Of a stretch of DNA of 64,000 nt, positions 22,801 through 36,800 are shown piece by piece. The notes beneath the pieces were generated by a model. The model saw nothing but the letters and a program-made list of their open reading frames with translations, did not search any database and was not told the origin of the DNA. The stretch is from Lytechinus pictus (lineage: Eukaryota): the NCBI RefSeq assembly GCF_037042905.1, contig NC_087250.1:9736001-9800000 (forward strand). Direction: 5' to 3'. A program made the position numbers and the translations under genes. The stretch's first letter is position 1. Every line of letters begins with the position of its first letter.

Positions 22801-25800
22801 AGCGAAGCCTAAGCCTAAACCCTCAGGGTGCTGCCGAAGTCACTCACCCTTTTTTTTTGTATTTTACCTATTTATGGGAAAATATGCCATTTTGGAGCCC
22901 CCATTGAGGCAAAAAGCTTTTCTGCTAGGTAAAAATGCCACTTTTATTGTTTAAAACTATATGGAGACAAAAGAATAAAGTTTCCTCTATCTGCTACATA
23001 TAAAGAAGTGCTGATACAGCAAAGCCTATGCCCTTTGGGGACTGTCGAAGTTACCCACCCTTTTTTTTATTTCACCTATTTGTGGGAAAATATGCAATTT
23101 TTGGAGCCCCCATTGAGACAAAAAGCGTTTCTGCTATGTAAAAATGCAACTTTTATTTTTGTTACTGTATGGAGACAAAAAATGGAGGTTCCTCTATCTG
23201 CTACATAATAAAGAAGTGCTGGTACAACAAAGCCTACCCCCTCTGGGGACTGCCGAAGCTACCCACCTCTTTTACGTATTTTACCCTAATGGGAAAATAT
23301 GCCATTTTTGGAGCCCCCATTGAGGCAAAAATCGTTTCTGCTATGTAGTAAGGCCACTTTTATTGTTTTTAAACTATATGATGGAGCGTTGTGGCCCAGT
23401 GGATAAGTCTTCTGACATTGAAACATTCTGCTGCACTCGACCCAGGTAAGGTGAATGGGTACCCGGCAGGATTAATTCCTTGAATGCACGAGCGCTGAAA
23501 GGCAGCTCGAGCTAAAGCCGGGGTAATCATAATAATAACGCGCCTCGGAATAGAATATTTCTGGATAGATGGCGCTATATTGGGATGCCGTTGGGATGAA
23601 AGTATATTTCAGGTGGAATTTTCTTTGAAGAAAAAAAAGTTATATTCGTGCCAAATGTATTCTACTGTCTGTTATTATACTTTCAAACATCGTTTAATAG
23701 AAATATATAAATGTCAAATCAATGATTTATATTACATTTTCTATCATGATATGTCACTACTGGAAACCTATGTTTGTGTAGAAAAGTAACGAACAAAAAT
23801 ATGAAATGTTGTGTCACGTTTTTATTTTTATTTGTCTAAAATATGAAGATGTTTGGGGAAAAATGACACATAAATATTGTTCAACTCCCGATGAAAAAGC
23901 AAAGTGATAGAGGGGCATGATATACTCATTTGTTTGATATCGAATTCGTCATGATAGCACAAATATTTTATAAGATACAGTAAAATCTTATGATGTTTGG
24001 CAAGTGTCAACTTTTCTTTGAGTTTCTTTGGTGTATGTAAATTTTTGGCCTCATGGCAGCGTGCAAAGCCTTTCATATAAATGTTTTTAAAAAATACTGC
24101 TAAACCTCGAAAACAAAGAAAAAAGGGTGAAACACTCCATGTAATTTACAAACCAATTCTCCATACGATTACAATCGACAATTGTTCACTGCCAAATATT
24201 TGTAAAAACATCACAATTCGAAATAATCAATTTACAGTGGTCAGAAAGGATTGTAACATATATATAAAAGGCGTAGAAATGGATAAAACTTCAATAGGCC
24301 GCTTTCTGAGAACAACAAGGGGAGCCCGGGCTTTAAATCTCAAAAGTACATACACTTGATAGAACTTCCCCTACCAAGGCGGGGAAAACCTGTCCAGGGT
24401 CCCGATATCTCGCAATACTGCATACAAACGTCACCTACTGGCTAGCTCAGTGACTTTGTCAAATTCGAGCAGGCTGGCAAATCACAACCCAGCATTCATT
24501 ACACCGATATAATAATGGGTGTGACGTAATTATGAAAAGTGGGCAGCTCTCCGATAAACAAATCACTGATCGGCCACATGGTTTTCGTCAACAAGAAAGC
24601 CACAAATGTTGAGGATATAAATCCACAGGTGAGAGGTAACTCACTGAGGTTCGAGCCATTATCCATATCAAATTTTTTTCGGTATGGCCTAAATAGAGAT
24701 CTCTCTTGGCTGGACAAAATTATATATATTTTTTAAAATGATTTCAGGAATATTTCATGAGTTAATCAGCAATAATCATCTTACTAGGCTATCAATTTAC
24801 TTTTAGGTACTTTCATTCTTTCTTGTCTAGCACACATTTAATTCTCCTCCAAACATGTTGACACTTGATTTCAAGATAGAGTAATATTGGAGTTCATTGT
24901 CACCTCATTTTATCCTGAATGAGTCTTATATTAAGAGGCCTTTATCGATTACCTTATTCTTTTAATGCATATTCATGAGTCCAGGACGAAGCTGCTGTTT
25001 TGATACACCAATTTTCGACAGAGACTTTATAGGTTGATCTTTGTCACGAATGGGATTCGATAATACATGTTCTATGTTCTTGAAAGAGTTCTTCGTCGCA
25101 GCGCAACAACTTGATAATGAGATGGGGGTATTGTTGATGAGATATTGCTTGAGTATCGTCTGAGGCGGTTTTCCGTCATGCAAAAGATGTGGAGCGTCGT
25201 GGCCCAGTGGATTAGTCTCCGGACTTTGAAACAGAGGGTCTTGGGTTCAAATCCCAGCCATGGCGTAATTTCCTTCAGCAAGGAATTCATCCACAGTGTG
25301 CTGCACTCGACCAAGGTGAGGTAAATGGGTACCGGCAGGAAGTAATTCCTCAGAAAGCTGTGTGCACCTGCTTAGCCGGGTAATACTGGTAGCAGGGCCT
25401 GCTGGGAGAACAGTTTTCGGAACTGAAGTGGCTACCCTGGGTAAAAATACCGTTATTATTATTATTATTATTATCATACAGATCGAGCTTGTCTTGGTGG
25501 ATACATATTGTAATCCTACCGAGTCTGGCCCGAATGCCTCTGGAAAGCAGACAGCAAAAAAAAAACCAAGCATTTTATTTCAGAGACTCAAGGATGTAGG
25601 GAAGGGCAAGGGCAATATCACAGAATATTAACACAGTGACCAAACAAAATCAATTCAATTCTTTATTCCATTTCCATTCAAAACACAATACAAAGAAATA
25701 TACATCAGATACAATATTAGAGATGAGCATCCTTACTTCGTAAACAAAAAAAATCACAATGTCTTCCCTTTGAAGTAAATAGAAAACAATAATAATGTTT

Positions 25801-27220
25801 GTAACTAATCATTTATATTGGGATTTATTCATTGTTTAGTCCATACCAGGGCTCCATAACACAAAGGTTTGAACTCAATCGCTAAATACCAATGACCAAT
25901 CAAGATCTTCGTTGCACGCGCACTCTGTTTAAAATACTGACCGGGAACGTTCGGTGCGGTTCTTTCATACATGCAATTCATCGGAAGCCTTTGTGTTACG
26001 GAGCCCTGAACGTATTAATCTTGACTCAATGCAATGTCAAAACCTTAATTTGCACCTGCCCCAAATTTAGTGCCGCCCTGTTTCCATGGCAATGTACCGG
26101 TGCGTTGTTACGTACACCTGGAATCCAAGCAACATGGGCATGATGGGGAAGCTACGAACTTAAGCAGAGGTTCAAGGTTCGAGCCCTGCGTTACTGATTA
26201 ATCGTACGCTTGATTTTTACTATGGATTGTACATCGTATTCAATGCAATACTTAATAACATAATAATTATATACAATTGTTATACAATAATGGCTTAGCC
26301 AGTATATACATACGCAATGGCGGTCATAAAGATACATGATATATAAAATAACCAATGTTACATAGTAATAATGAAAACATATAAAAGTCATTGTTGCTTT
26401 TGTCTGTAATCTGATTGCGCCACACCAGTCGAGCCAGTACATACAGGGTGCACCTTGGGGGCGTTTGCCCCCCCCCCCCTCCAAAAAAAAAAACGCTTTC
26501 ACCACCAAGACAAAAAATAGATAAAATGTAAGGAAATAAAACAGAGATGGGTGAAATGTATGTATACTATCATTTTCTGAATATTAAGTCAAAATCTATC
26601 ACTAGATTCGATTTTTGTAACAAAAAATATCAAAAGTTTTGCTCGCTCTCTTCGCTCACTCGCAACATTCTATTGATTTGTTTTCCCGGTACGCCATATC
26701 TGGCACCTCAGTTCCTTTGGCTCATCAAACCACTGAGTCGAGCTGAGTGATTTGTTGAAAATAACATTATCTCCTTACGTTTTGTGCCATGAATATTTAT
26801 GAGGCGTACTGACTAAATAAGCCCCATGATATCGTAATTTAATATGTCAATCGCGTCGTAACCGAATTGAAGCCATTTTAGTCTTTCCCCGGATGAATAG
26901 CATTTCGGACTTTTCGCAATTATTACGGGGAAACTCTCTACAACGCATCAATCCCTTTGAAATTGCAAGTCAAACAACAATTGAGAGCAGAGAGGCTTTT
27001 GTCGAAAGTTGGTGGACCGGGACAGTATCGAAATATCTCGACTCTGGACAACGACATATGTGCAATCGTTCGCCCGGTGCAAATCGTCGGATGATCTGCT
27101 GTACCAGTCCACCCACTTTCGACAAAAGCTGCTCAGCTCTCCATTGTGATTTTAATTGCATTTCCAAAGGAATCAATGCGTTGTAGAGAGTTTCCCCGTA
27201 GTAAATGCGAAAAGTCCCTA

Positions 27221-27451
27221 TTAACCACATGAAACAGGGACCTTGCAGACAAAGGGATATCTAAAAGAACAGGGTGTGGCTTCCCATCCCGAAGGTATTC
27301 CCCCGTACATTGTGTAATATGCATCGGACAAGTCCCGCAGTCCATATCCAGCAAGCCATTTGTTGTAGTTGAACGGTGTACCATCTGTCCAAACAAAGGG
27401 ACCAGGTAAGCTGGGTCGGTGAAGCCCGATCCAGTACCCATTATCACCAAT
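27221..27451 (-). CDS. Paralog B C-type lectin exon 2
   Basis: 231 nt, open to TAA. Confidence 0.92.
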   Translation of the reverse strand: MGDNGYWIGLHRPSLPGPFVWTDGTPFNYNKWLAGYGLRDLSDAYYTMYGGIPSGWEATPCSFRYPFVCKVPVSCG

Positions 27452-30400
27452 CTGTAGGGAAATGACAGATAAAATACCAAAGTAGGCTTACATTTTTTCG
27501 ATGAAATCTGGGCCCGTAGCAAAAAGAGGGTTTGAATGTATAACCACATTTGCTTTGATTTTTATGAAAAGCCTGATGTCTATGAGAGATCGCCCCGGAT
27601 AGGTCAAATGATTCAAAAGGCTAAACAAAACAATTGCTGCATACCACACATTTAAGTTAGGGCCTTTTCACACGTAAATCTTAAATCATCATTGCAATGA
27701 TGATTGCAATTCGTCTTTAGAATCATCGGACCTTTCACACGGAAAATTCGTATCGTAATTAGAATGAAACCTAACTGGAATTCACCTCAGGAATAGAATT
27801 TGAATTCGTGAATGTGATTAGCGTTCGTGATTCTAGTTTGGTTCCACACGTGCAAAAAAATCGTCACTATAGCCTTTTTTTTTTTTACTGGAATCGTCGT
27901 TCAAATTACGATTTTTTTTTTACCGTGAGAAAGGACGGTTAGTGACCTGAAAATACTCACTAGCTTTCGCAATGTAGTTGTGAAATTTAGTTCCTCTTCA
28001 CTATGGATAGAAACCAGATCCCCACGACATGACTGTCCACTGGTGAAATTACGACAGGTATACATGGCGCTTGTAAAGCTGGATAACTCGTAAAAGTGTT
28101 TGTAGCAACTTCTTTCAAAGAGTTTCCATGATGAATACGGGCAAAGATCTGCAGGTAATGATAATAATAGGCATTTATATGACTGCATCTATCTAGAAAT
28201 ATTCTATTCCGAGGCGCGTTATTATTATTATTACCCCGGCTTTAGCTCGAGCTGCCTTTCAGCGCTTATGCATTCAATGAATTAATCCTGCCGGGTACCC
28301 ATTCACCTCATCTGTGTTGAGTTCAAAACAATGTGGATAAATTTATTGCTGAAGGCTGGGATTCGAACCCACGACCCTCTGTTTCAAAGTCAGAAGACTT
28401 ATCCACTGGGCCGCAACGCTCCACAATGTACAACAACGAAAAGCAGAGATGGTGCCTATTATTAATTAAATAGTTGGAATTCGGAGGGTTTTGAGTGACA
28501 TGTCTACTATTAAATCATACTGCATAGCTCATGTAGCTCTGATGCACATCGGGAATGCATTCACCCTTTGTATTCACAATGCAGTGTAACGGCAATCGCA
28601 GGTAAAGCCAAAGATACTACAAGGGGAAGATCGGACACTTCGACGATATTTTGAAACGCTCGATAAATGCTTATGGGGAAGGGCGCCCAACAGCGTTGAG
28701 TAAGTAAACCTTCGCATATCTGCACGCGACTGTGTATAAAACCTATGGGGAAAATTAGAAAGGGGATTTTGGAGGGGTTTGGAGAGGGCTCAAGGGTGGC
28801 GCATGGAAATAATTCCACGTTTTATTACCAAGAAACCTCTGAAATATATTCATCTCAAATTTAAGGAGAAAAAATTGAATGAAAACAATTCAAAATGTAA
28901 AATCGTCTATTCCTTCAGCCCTTCACCATATCTCTTTTATGTTTTGTACACAACCATCTCGCGATACGCAAAGGTAAAAAAGGTCTTTACTCAACTCTGT
29001 AGGGCGCTCTTCCTGAGCGTTTCATTACGCGGTCTATGTACTGTCCGATCTTCCCCTTGTAGTATCTTTGGTATAGCGTTTCGGGGGGTGCTGCATATGG
29101 GGAATAATACACGCAGCACCCCCTAGGAAAACCCCATCACCCCGCTGACACATTCATATGTTCTTGAAAGCATTCTGCGTCGCGGTGCTAAACTCCCTAT
29201 TTAGAAGCAATAGAGTTTCGTACCGCGACGCAGAATGTTTTTTTTTTAGAACATAGGAATGTATTGCAAAAAGGTTTTCGTGACAAAGGGTAACAAAGAG
29301 GTCTTTGCCGAAAATTGGTGAATCATAACAGAAGTTTTGTCCGGGACTCTGGACGAACGATATATTTGCAATTTTCGTGTTTTTAAAAAAAATATTTATT
29401 TCAATACGGTTAAAAAAATACTTGCTTTCAGCCGACAAGGCTGTTTTTCAGCAAGTCCGTACAATTCAATTTACAAAATTCTCAAAAACAAGTAAGAAAA
29501 ATAAAAACGGGTGTTTTCTACTCGCCGTACGGGGAATGGGACTGCAGCGTTAGGACGAAACTGCTGATTTGGTTCACCAATATTCGACAAAGACCTTCCA
29601 GCTTTTCATTGTCATTTGACTCCTATTTTCATATCGGTTTGTGTTATAGCAAAAAGCGATCAGCCGATACAACGTGCAACAATTTACTACATGGAATTAT
29701 AGACCAAGCTTCAGAAAAATCGAGGGGACGGAAACAGAACTACTCCATTGATTCATATGTCGGTTCGATAATGAGGGTGATGATGGTGAGGAAATAACAC
29801 AAAAGATTAAATCCATGCGGCACATATGTCTCTTATACTCCACTTACTTCATGTACTTGAGTTTAATTTAAATCCAAAGTTAAGAATAAAGGACAAATGA
29901 GCTTACTTAAAATGTTTACCATCACAAGAATAATAGTGATAATAATGATATAACACTTATAGGGCGCTTAATACAGATGTTTCTAAGCGTTCAGTTTTCT
30001 GCTTTCTTTTGAATTACCGGGGAAAATAAAAAGTGATCTTAATGATTTCAAAACAAAATTTTAAGAAACAAACGAAACGCAACTAAGATACGCACCTCCA
30101 TATAGACCTACCCACAACTGATATCTAGACATTAAAAAGGTGGGTCTTTAGCAAGGTCTCAAGAGAGTTGGCATTATGGATACGAGATTGTAATTTATTC
30201 CACTGGATTAGAACAAAAACAGAGAAGGCTCGATCACCATAACTGGTATTTGTACGTGGTCCTAAAGTTAGCTGCAAGGTTTTTGAAGAACGAAGTGGTC
30301 TGAGTGAGCTAGAAGAGCGGAGAGAGATGAGGTTAGAGAAATATTCAGGAGCTAGGCCATTGATTATTTTATACGTCAAAAGAAGATCTTTGACAACGAT

Positions 30401-33400
30401 GCGCTGGCGTATTGGAAGCCAATAAAAGGATTTCAGAATATGTGTGATATGTTCAGATTTTCTTGAAAGAGTAACAAGCCTTGCAGCAGTATTTTTTCAT
30501 TCTTTGGAGTGGGCGTTAATGTGAGAGTGGGAAACAAGAAAGAGCAGAATTGCAGTAATCAAGGTGGAAAGATAAAAAAGCATGTGTTAGTTTAGCAGTT
30601 ATGGTCATGGTGGTCGGGTCGAGTAGCTTCCTCATTTTTCCACGATTGGAAAATCAAATCCATGTAGCAACGTACCGTATTGAATTTGACCAATAACAGA
30701 GCCACCATTGGGGTCGTTACATGTGTCTAAATGGCTTATCAATCCTATTCATTTGCTCTTTATATCGAAAGTTCCCTGTATTGCAGAACATGGATCGGTG
30801 TTTTTTCGCCTTGTTTTCCAGGGGTCCGTTGCAGAAAGAGTTGCGTTTAAACGCAAGTCAAAAAATCAATCGCAAGTCCCAAATGCGCGCTGTTGATTTG
30901 TTGAAAATCAAGTTGCGCATGATTTTTAGAGTTGCGATTGATTGCAACTCTTTCTGCAATGGTCCCCTGATTGACTATTAGTAAATGTACATAATCTTTT
31001 TAAGTAAGACAGGCGCACTTTATAAAAGGTTGATAGTCCAGACAAATCCAAGGCTACCTTTACAAAATATGAAATAGGACACTTATTTTGACAATCAAAG
31101 CTTTACAGGTTTCAACATCGACACGGTAGCGAATTGGAGCGCAAAGAGAAGGGTTTTTTTGGGGGGTCATCGTCTTCCCTTGCTGCTCTCACACTTGAAC
31201 ATTCTTTATTTCGAAACCTACTATCGGTTTTTTGTCCACATTCTGGTCATTTTTATACATACCGACTGCACATGTTGGTCCTTGAAACCTGGCTGAACAG
31301 GAGCAGGTGAAACCTTCCAGTGTTTCTGTGCATGTTCCTCCATTAAGACATGGGTTGGGTAAACAGTCTGAGATCGAGAATTTGATGTGACACGGCAAAT
31401 TGAAATAGATGGGAAAGTGAGTTAGCAGGGCATATAGAAACGGAGAAAAGAGACAGAGGCAGAAACGGGGAGACATATAAAGACAGAGGCAAAAACGGGG
31501 AGACATAAAAATACAGAAGGGATGGTTTGGGAACAATTGTAATCAGCACCTGTCATTTTACTCTCAAAACACTCGACGGCCGGATCCAGGGGGGCACATT
31601 CGTCCCGTGCCACCCCCTTTAGGAGGCACCAGTATTTTTTTTTTTGTCATTCATAGACGTGAGGACTTCTTTTTTTTTTTTTTTTTTTTTTTTTTGGCTT
31701 GTCAAATTGTTCATGGAACAGAATGACATCTCTTTGATATGGAAGCCCTTTTTTTGCATGTCATTTTTTTTTCTACATCAAATAACCTCGAATTGGTAGG
31801 GAGTTCTTTTTTTTCAACATTTTCCTATAAATAAGTACCTCCCCTCCCCCTTAGAAAATCTTGGATTCACCCAGGCTCGATACAATCCACACCCTTGGTG
31901 AAGTACAAACTAGACAATGTTTTTTTTTATTCCATGACGTAAAATTGGTAGTTCCATTAGTATGTGGGCCATTCCATGCTAGAAAAATCTGCCATTTTCT
32001 CAACATTTGTCAACCTGCTGTCCAGACGAACGAAGAACTTAAATTTGCTTTGTGGTAATATTGAAGGACTACTGGGTAGACATGCAAAAAACTGACAACA
32101 AACAAAATATGTTGTCCATAGTTGAATTAGAGCTTGAAATGTTGCGTGCCGTACGGGACATTTCTGCGTCCATTACGACACTTTTCACCTCTAATTTACC
32201 CAGAATCTATTTTGTGTGTGTGTTGGTTATTAATTTTTCACATGACTTCCCACGATAGCTTTATCATTGACAACAAAGAATATTTTATTGCTCAAGCATT
32301 CGGCTAGGAAACTAGAAATTGTTGTCAAAATGTCCCGTACGAAACACGTGGAATCGCCCATGTTGAATTCACAGCGGAGCAATTGCCCACCGGAGCAAAT
32401 TTCATCGAATCATTATGAGCCACCAATTTTCGACAAAGAATTCTTGCTCTATGTCATGAAGGACACTTGATATTTTACCCTACATAAATTAAATTTTTTA
32501 TGCTAATTGGTCTGAATAGCATCATGTGACCAAACATATTTTCACTATTTTGCGATGATGTTGAAAATGAAATGACCATCGAAGAAAATTGACTATTCCG
32601 TGATGTCGATAACGGAATAGTGCACTATTCCATCATTGACATCACAGAATACTGACACACATCATGCAATCTCTCGGGCGCATCGGTTAGCGAGGCAATT
32701 CTACCGGGCAAATTTTTGGCGTAGGCACAAATCCGCGCGATATCTGTATTTTAGTTCAGATTAAAAAGGATGAAATAGGTGTGCAAAAACTAGATTATCA
32801 AGACGTATTGTTCTAACTTAATATTAAATGTACGATATAAAACAAATATACCAGGTCTTTATTTCGAAAGTATAGAGGGAATTATTCATCCTCGGTTGCG
32901 CTGGCAAAATTAGTAATGCCAGTCCAACCTCGGACAAATAATTACTCAAGGCTGATATATTTATATGATATACCTTCCCTGCTTCTGGACCCTCCGTACT
33001 TCGTGGAGCGAAAACTCGCTGCAGATATAAAAAAATGACAGTCTTAAAAGAGGCTTTGACAACATACCTGGGAGTTTGAAGATGAAGATGAATCGATTTG
33101 AAACGATTCTCTTTATCCCTGGCCAGTTGGTGTCATCTCTGACTATTAACTTGGGTTCCAGGGCAGCGATGTCTACCGTTTGCAGTAAGCCTGCTCCGCA
33201 CCTTGCGTTTACTGGCATACCAAACTTTAAGACTGAAAAAAAAAAATCAGACAAGATTCCAAGTCAGTCCCATCCCTACCGTCTTCGGTGAGCAAAAAAA
33301 AATATGTGGCTTGGCCCTGGGAAGCGGGGGTATACTGGGGAGAAGGGGGGGGGGGGGTATCTTTCTTTTTCTTTTTTCGCGAATTTTGTCGCCAAATTTG

Positions 33401-33843
33401 TCGTGATGTATATTAACCTTGCTTGAGCTGTGATCAAACCAGCGCCTGAAACTGGATGGAAGTTGTCAGGATTCCAGCAGGAGAGCCAATTTGGGGAGTG
33501 TTATAGGATATCACGTATAAACGGAAGCGTAAAAGAAAACACTGGTACGCCGAGTACAAAACGAAATTGATTATTGATCATCGATTCTTTTTTTAAGCAT
33601 CCATGGGACTAAGCTTGAAGGGAGGTTGATGATGTTGGAGAAGTATGCAACGAATAAGAGGGTTATCAACACAGAGCGTTCGTGCATAATAAGCTAAAAG
33701 ATAAATGCAAAATACCACAAAATATACGTATTGGGTTAGAAATATTACGGAATCCATGTGACATAAACGTAACTAAGTAAATACTTACTCAAAAGCAAAA
33801 AGCTTGTTAGCACTAGAGATCTTCTAACGAAACCTCTCGTCAT
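27221..33843 (-). CDS. Secreted EGF + C-type lectin protein, paralog B; exons 33843-33789, 33232-33068, [33018-32974], 31367-31263, 28148-27961, 27451-27221
   Basis: Same exon lengths and intact splice sites as A; differs at N/K in exon 2 and at 4 residues in the last exon ([14 protein letters not shown]). Confidence 0.85.
27961..28148 (-). CDS. Paralog B C-type lectin exon 1
   Basis: 188 nt; one synonymous change versus A (CTG/CTA). Confidence 0.92.
31263..31367 (-). CDS. Paralog B EGF exon
   Basis: 105 nt, same as A. Confidence 0.92.
33068..33232 (-). CDS. Paralog B coding exon 2
   Basis: 165 nt, intact splice sites; GIKRI versus GINRI in A. Confidence 0.7.
33789..33843 (-). CDS. Paralog B coding exon 1 (signal peptide)
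   Basis: Identical to A exon 1; gtaagt donor. Confidence 0.75.
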
Positions 33844-36800
33844 CTTCTTCAACGCCGAGTATATTTACTGGAAACAAGAGATGCGTAAATATGGACAAGT
33901 TTGTGTATTGATTTGATTTTTACGCATTTACATAGCATTTACGATTTATGTCATTCACGCAGACAAGTTATTACATGAATGATAATAATAATACTAATTA
34001 TTATTATTATTATATAACTTATCCGTTAGTATTTGCACATATGGGCAGTTGTAATTATATATTATAATGGTAATGGATTTGATTTTTTTTCTAATCAGTA
34101 TGACCATTTAGTTTTTCTTCCGAGGCCAAGTATAATAATAATAACAATAATAATAATAACAATAATGATAATAACAATGATGATAACAACAAAAGCTGGA
34201 TTTTAAAGCGATCTTTGTCTGAGGATACATAGCGCTGCAATAATTACCCCAGCTTTAACTGTGCTGCCATGGCCCTTGGAAGCGGGGTGCTGAGTGTATT
34301 AATCACCATTGGCAGCACCCCCAGGTATTCTGGCATAAATTGGGGGAAAATCTTAACCAAAATTACCCTCATTTTGTAGTAAAACCCCCTGTTTGTTGTT
34401 TTCTTTTTTCAAATTTCTTGAAACCAATTTGAGCTCCTGGAGGGCCCTGATACGGGCTAAAGCTGAAGCATTCAAGGAATTTCTTCCTACAGGTTACCCA
34501 TTCATCTCGCCTGGGTTGAGTGCAGCACAATGTGGGTAAATTTCTTGAAGGAAAGTAGACCATGGCTAGGAATCGAACCCACGTCCCTCAGATTAAAAGA
34601 TGAGAGTCATAAAGTACTAGACCACGACACCCCCACATAAAGAGCAGAACAAATCGTAGCAGGTGATGGATGATCCGATGTTATCTCTTTTCCTCAACTT
34701 TGCAGGGCGTATATATGTTACCATCATAATCATAACACACACACAAACAAAACTACACCACGGTCGTTTCCCTCCAGGGCTGCAACTTGTCACCTTTGCT
34801 ATTTCATTCTTGCTTTCACTTAGTTTACGAATGTTTTTCGAATGTTTTCCAAGGACGTTATGTGCGTCAACGCAGAGAATAATCCTTTGTTCATAGGGGG
34901 GAACAATGCTTACCCCCCCCCAAAAAAAAAAAGACTGTCCTCTGACTGACGCTCATGATGGACATGATGGTAAAAATGGTAAAGATAATGTCTGTTACCT
35001 CTGCCTTGTTTCCTTTTGCATCCGCAAGCCTCACAAAATTAGTACAGACCTTAAAACATTCATACTTATCAAGGCAGAATCTCCTAAGTCAAGAATACGC
35101 ATGCATTCAATGCGCGCAAATTGTGTTTCGTCGCAGAGCAACACACTACAGCAGTGGCACGAAGACAGCATTTACGCATTGATTGTCAAGATCCCAACGT
35201 GAGTGATAGCTTTAAAGGGGAATCCAGCCCTGGCCATACACTGTTGTGTTGAGAAGGAGAAAAAAAAAATTAAAGAGAATGGTGATAGTTTGAAAGAAAT
35301 TGGACAAGCAATAATAAAGTTATAGCTGTTTATAAATTGAGATCACTAATACTATGTAGATTTCAAATTGGCAAATGGGTAAGTAAATTATGAAAAGGGG
35401 CAAGGACAACTTTCCCATAGGCCATGTACTTTATTATCAGCGATTTGTGGTTTTCTCCTAAGTACCCATTCCCCTGGGGCCTTAATCTAAATATAAAAAA
35501 GGTAGTATATTGTTTTATGTCCTCATGAAAGAAAAACATAAATTAAAATAAAACTTTTGGGAAAAATGACATTTTAGCCATAATATGCATTGGAGTACAT
35601 GGAAGAGTATTCCTTGCCTTACATCACTATGACATCCCATATGCGGCCATTTGAAGTCTCCATGGGTATAGTGATTACCAATATTTACAACTTTTAAAAA
35701 TTCATAACTTTCTTGTTGTTTGTCCAAAATTGTTCAAACTTCCACCTATCAACTTGTCTGATTTTTCTTTTCCTTATAAAAACAAGTTTTTATTTGGGTT
35801 TGATTCCCCTTTAAAGGTATACGTTCCTGGAATTCATGAGGGCGTTGGACAAACTACGCTCAACTTGCGGCGCCAGCTACTCATTGGCACCAGTGCAATA
35901 CGACGCCTACGCAGATGCCACGTTCTGTATGCCCGAACTGCATGACGACTTTCAATTCGCGTATGCTTCAGCTGCTGTTCAAAGATCTTGGCAGGTTGGC
36001 CCCGCCTCCTACTGCAGTGACGTAAGCAGATCAACGCAGCGCAGTACTGTGCATAGGTACATGCACATCACTGGTGATTGACAGCCGCATGCAAATTACA
36101 TGTACGACAATGATCTTTGTAAAGAGGTAAGAGGCGAGTAGAGCAGTAACAATACCGTCCAACAGCGCCATACCTTTAATGAGCATATCCGAGATACCGA
36201 ATTCAAATGATGACCGGAAGCACTCTCAAAACAAAACAGTCGAAATGACTAGTTAATCGGGTCAGTTGAGTGCAAACTGTCATTCTAGTCATGTATATTC
36301 TAATTGTATTTTACTAGAACAGAGTTATTTCTGACTAGAATATACGTCAGAAATGTGACTAGACATTGTCAGTTGCACCCAGCTGACTACTGATCTAGTC
36401 ATTTTGACTGCTGTGATTCAAGGATGTGTGACCAGGGCTTCACAAGACAAAGAGCCTTGCTCTAAAACTGACCATGCTCATGCATGGAATTAACTTCAAG
36501 AAAAAAATTAATAGGACGAACATCCATTTCCCCCAGATACTTTTCCTACCTACAACAGAAATGATTTATACCTCGGTCACATTTGCTCTACGGCGAGTCG
36601 AAAACAGCCGTTTTATTCATTTTTTCTAAACCACCTTTATGTAGCTGGTACAAAAATGTTAAAACGGTCGTTTTCGATTCGCCGTACGGCCGCCGTAGAG
36701 CAAATGTGACCGAGGTATCAGTGTTAAACAGTGTGGGGGTATTCTGAACTTCGGTTTAATCTAAACTCTTGTCTAAAGTTGTGGTTTAACAATGAAAAGT

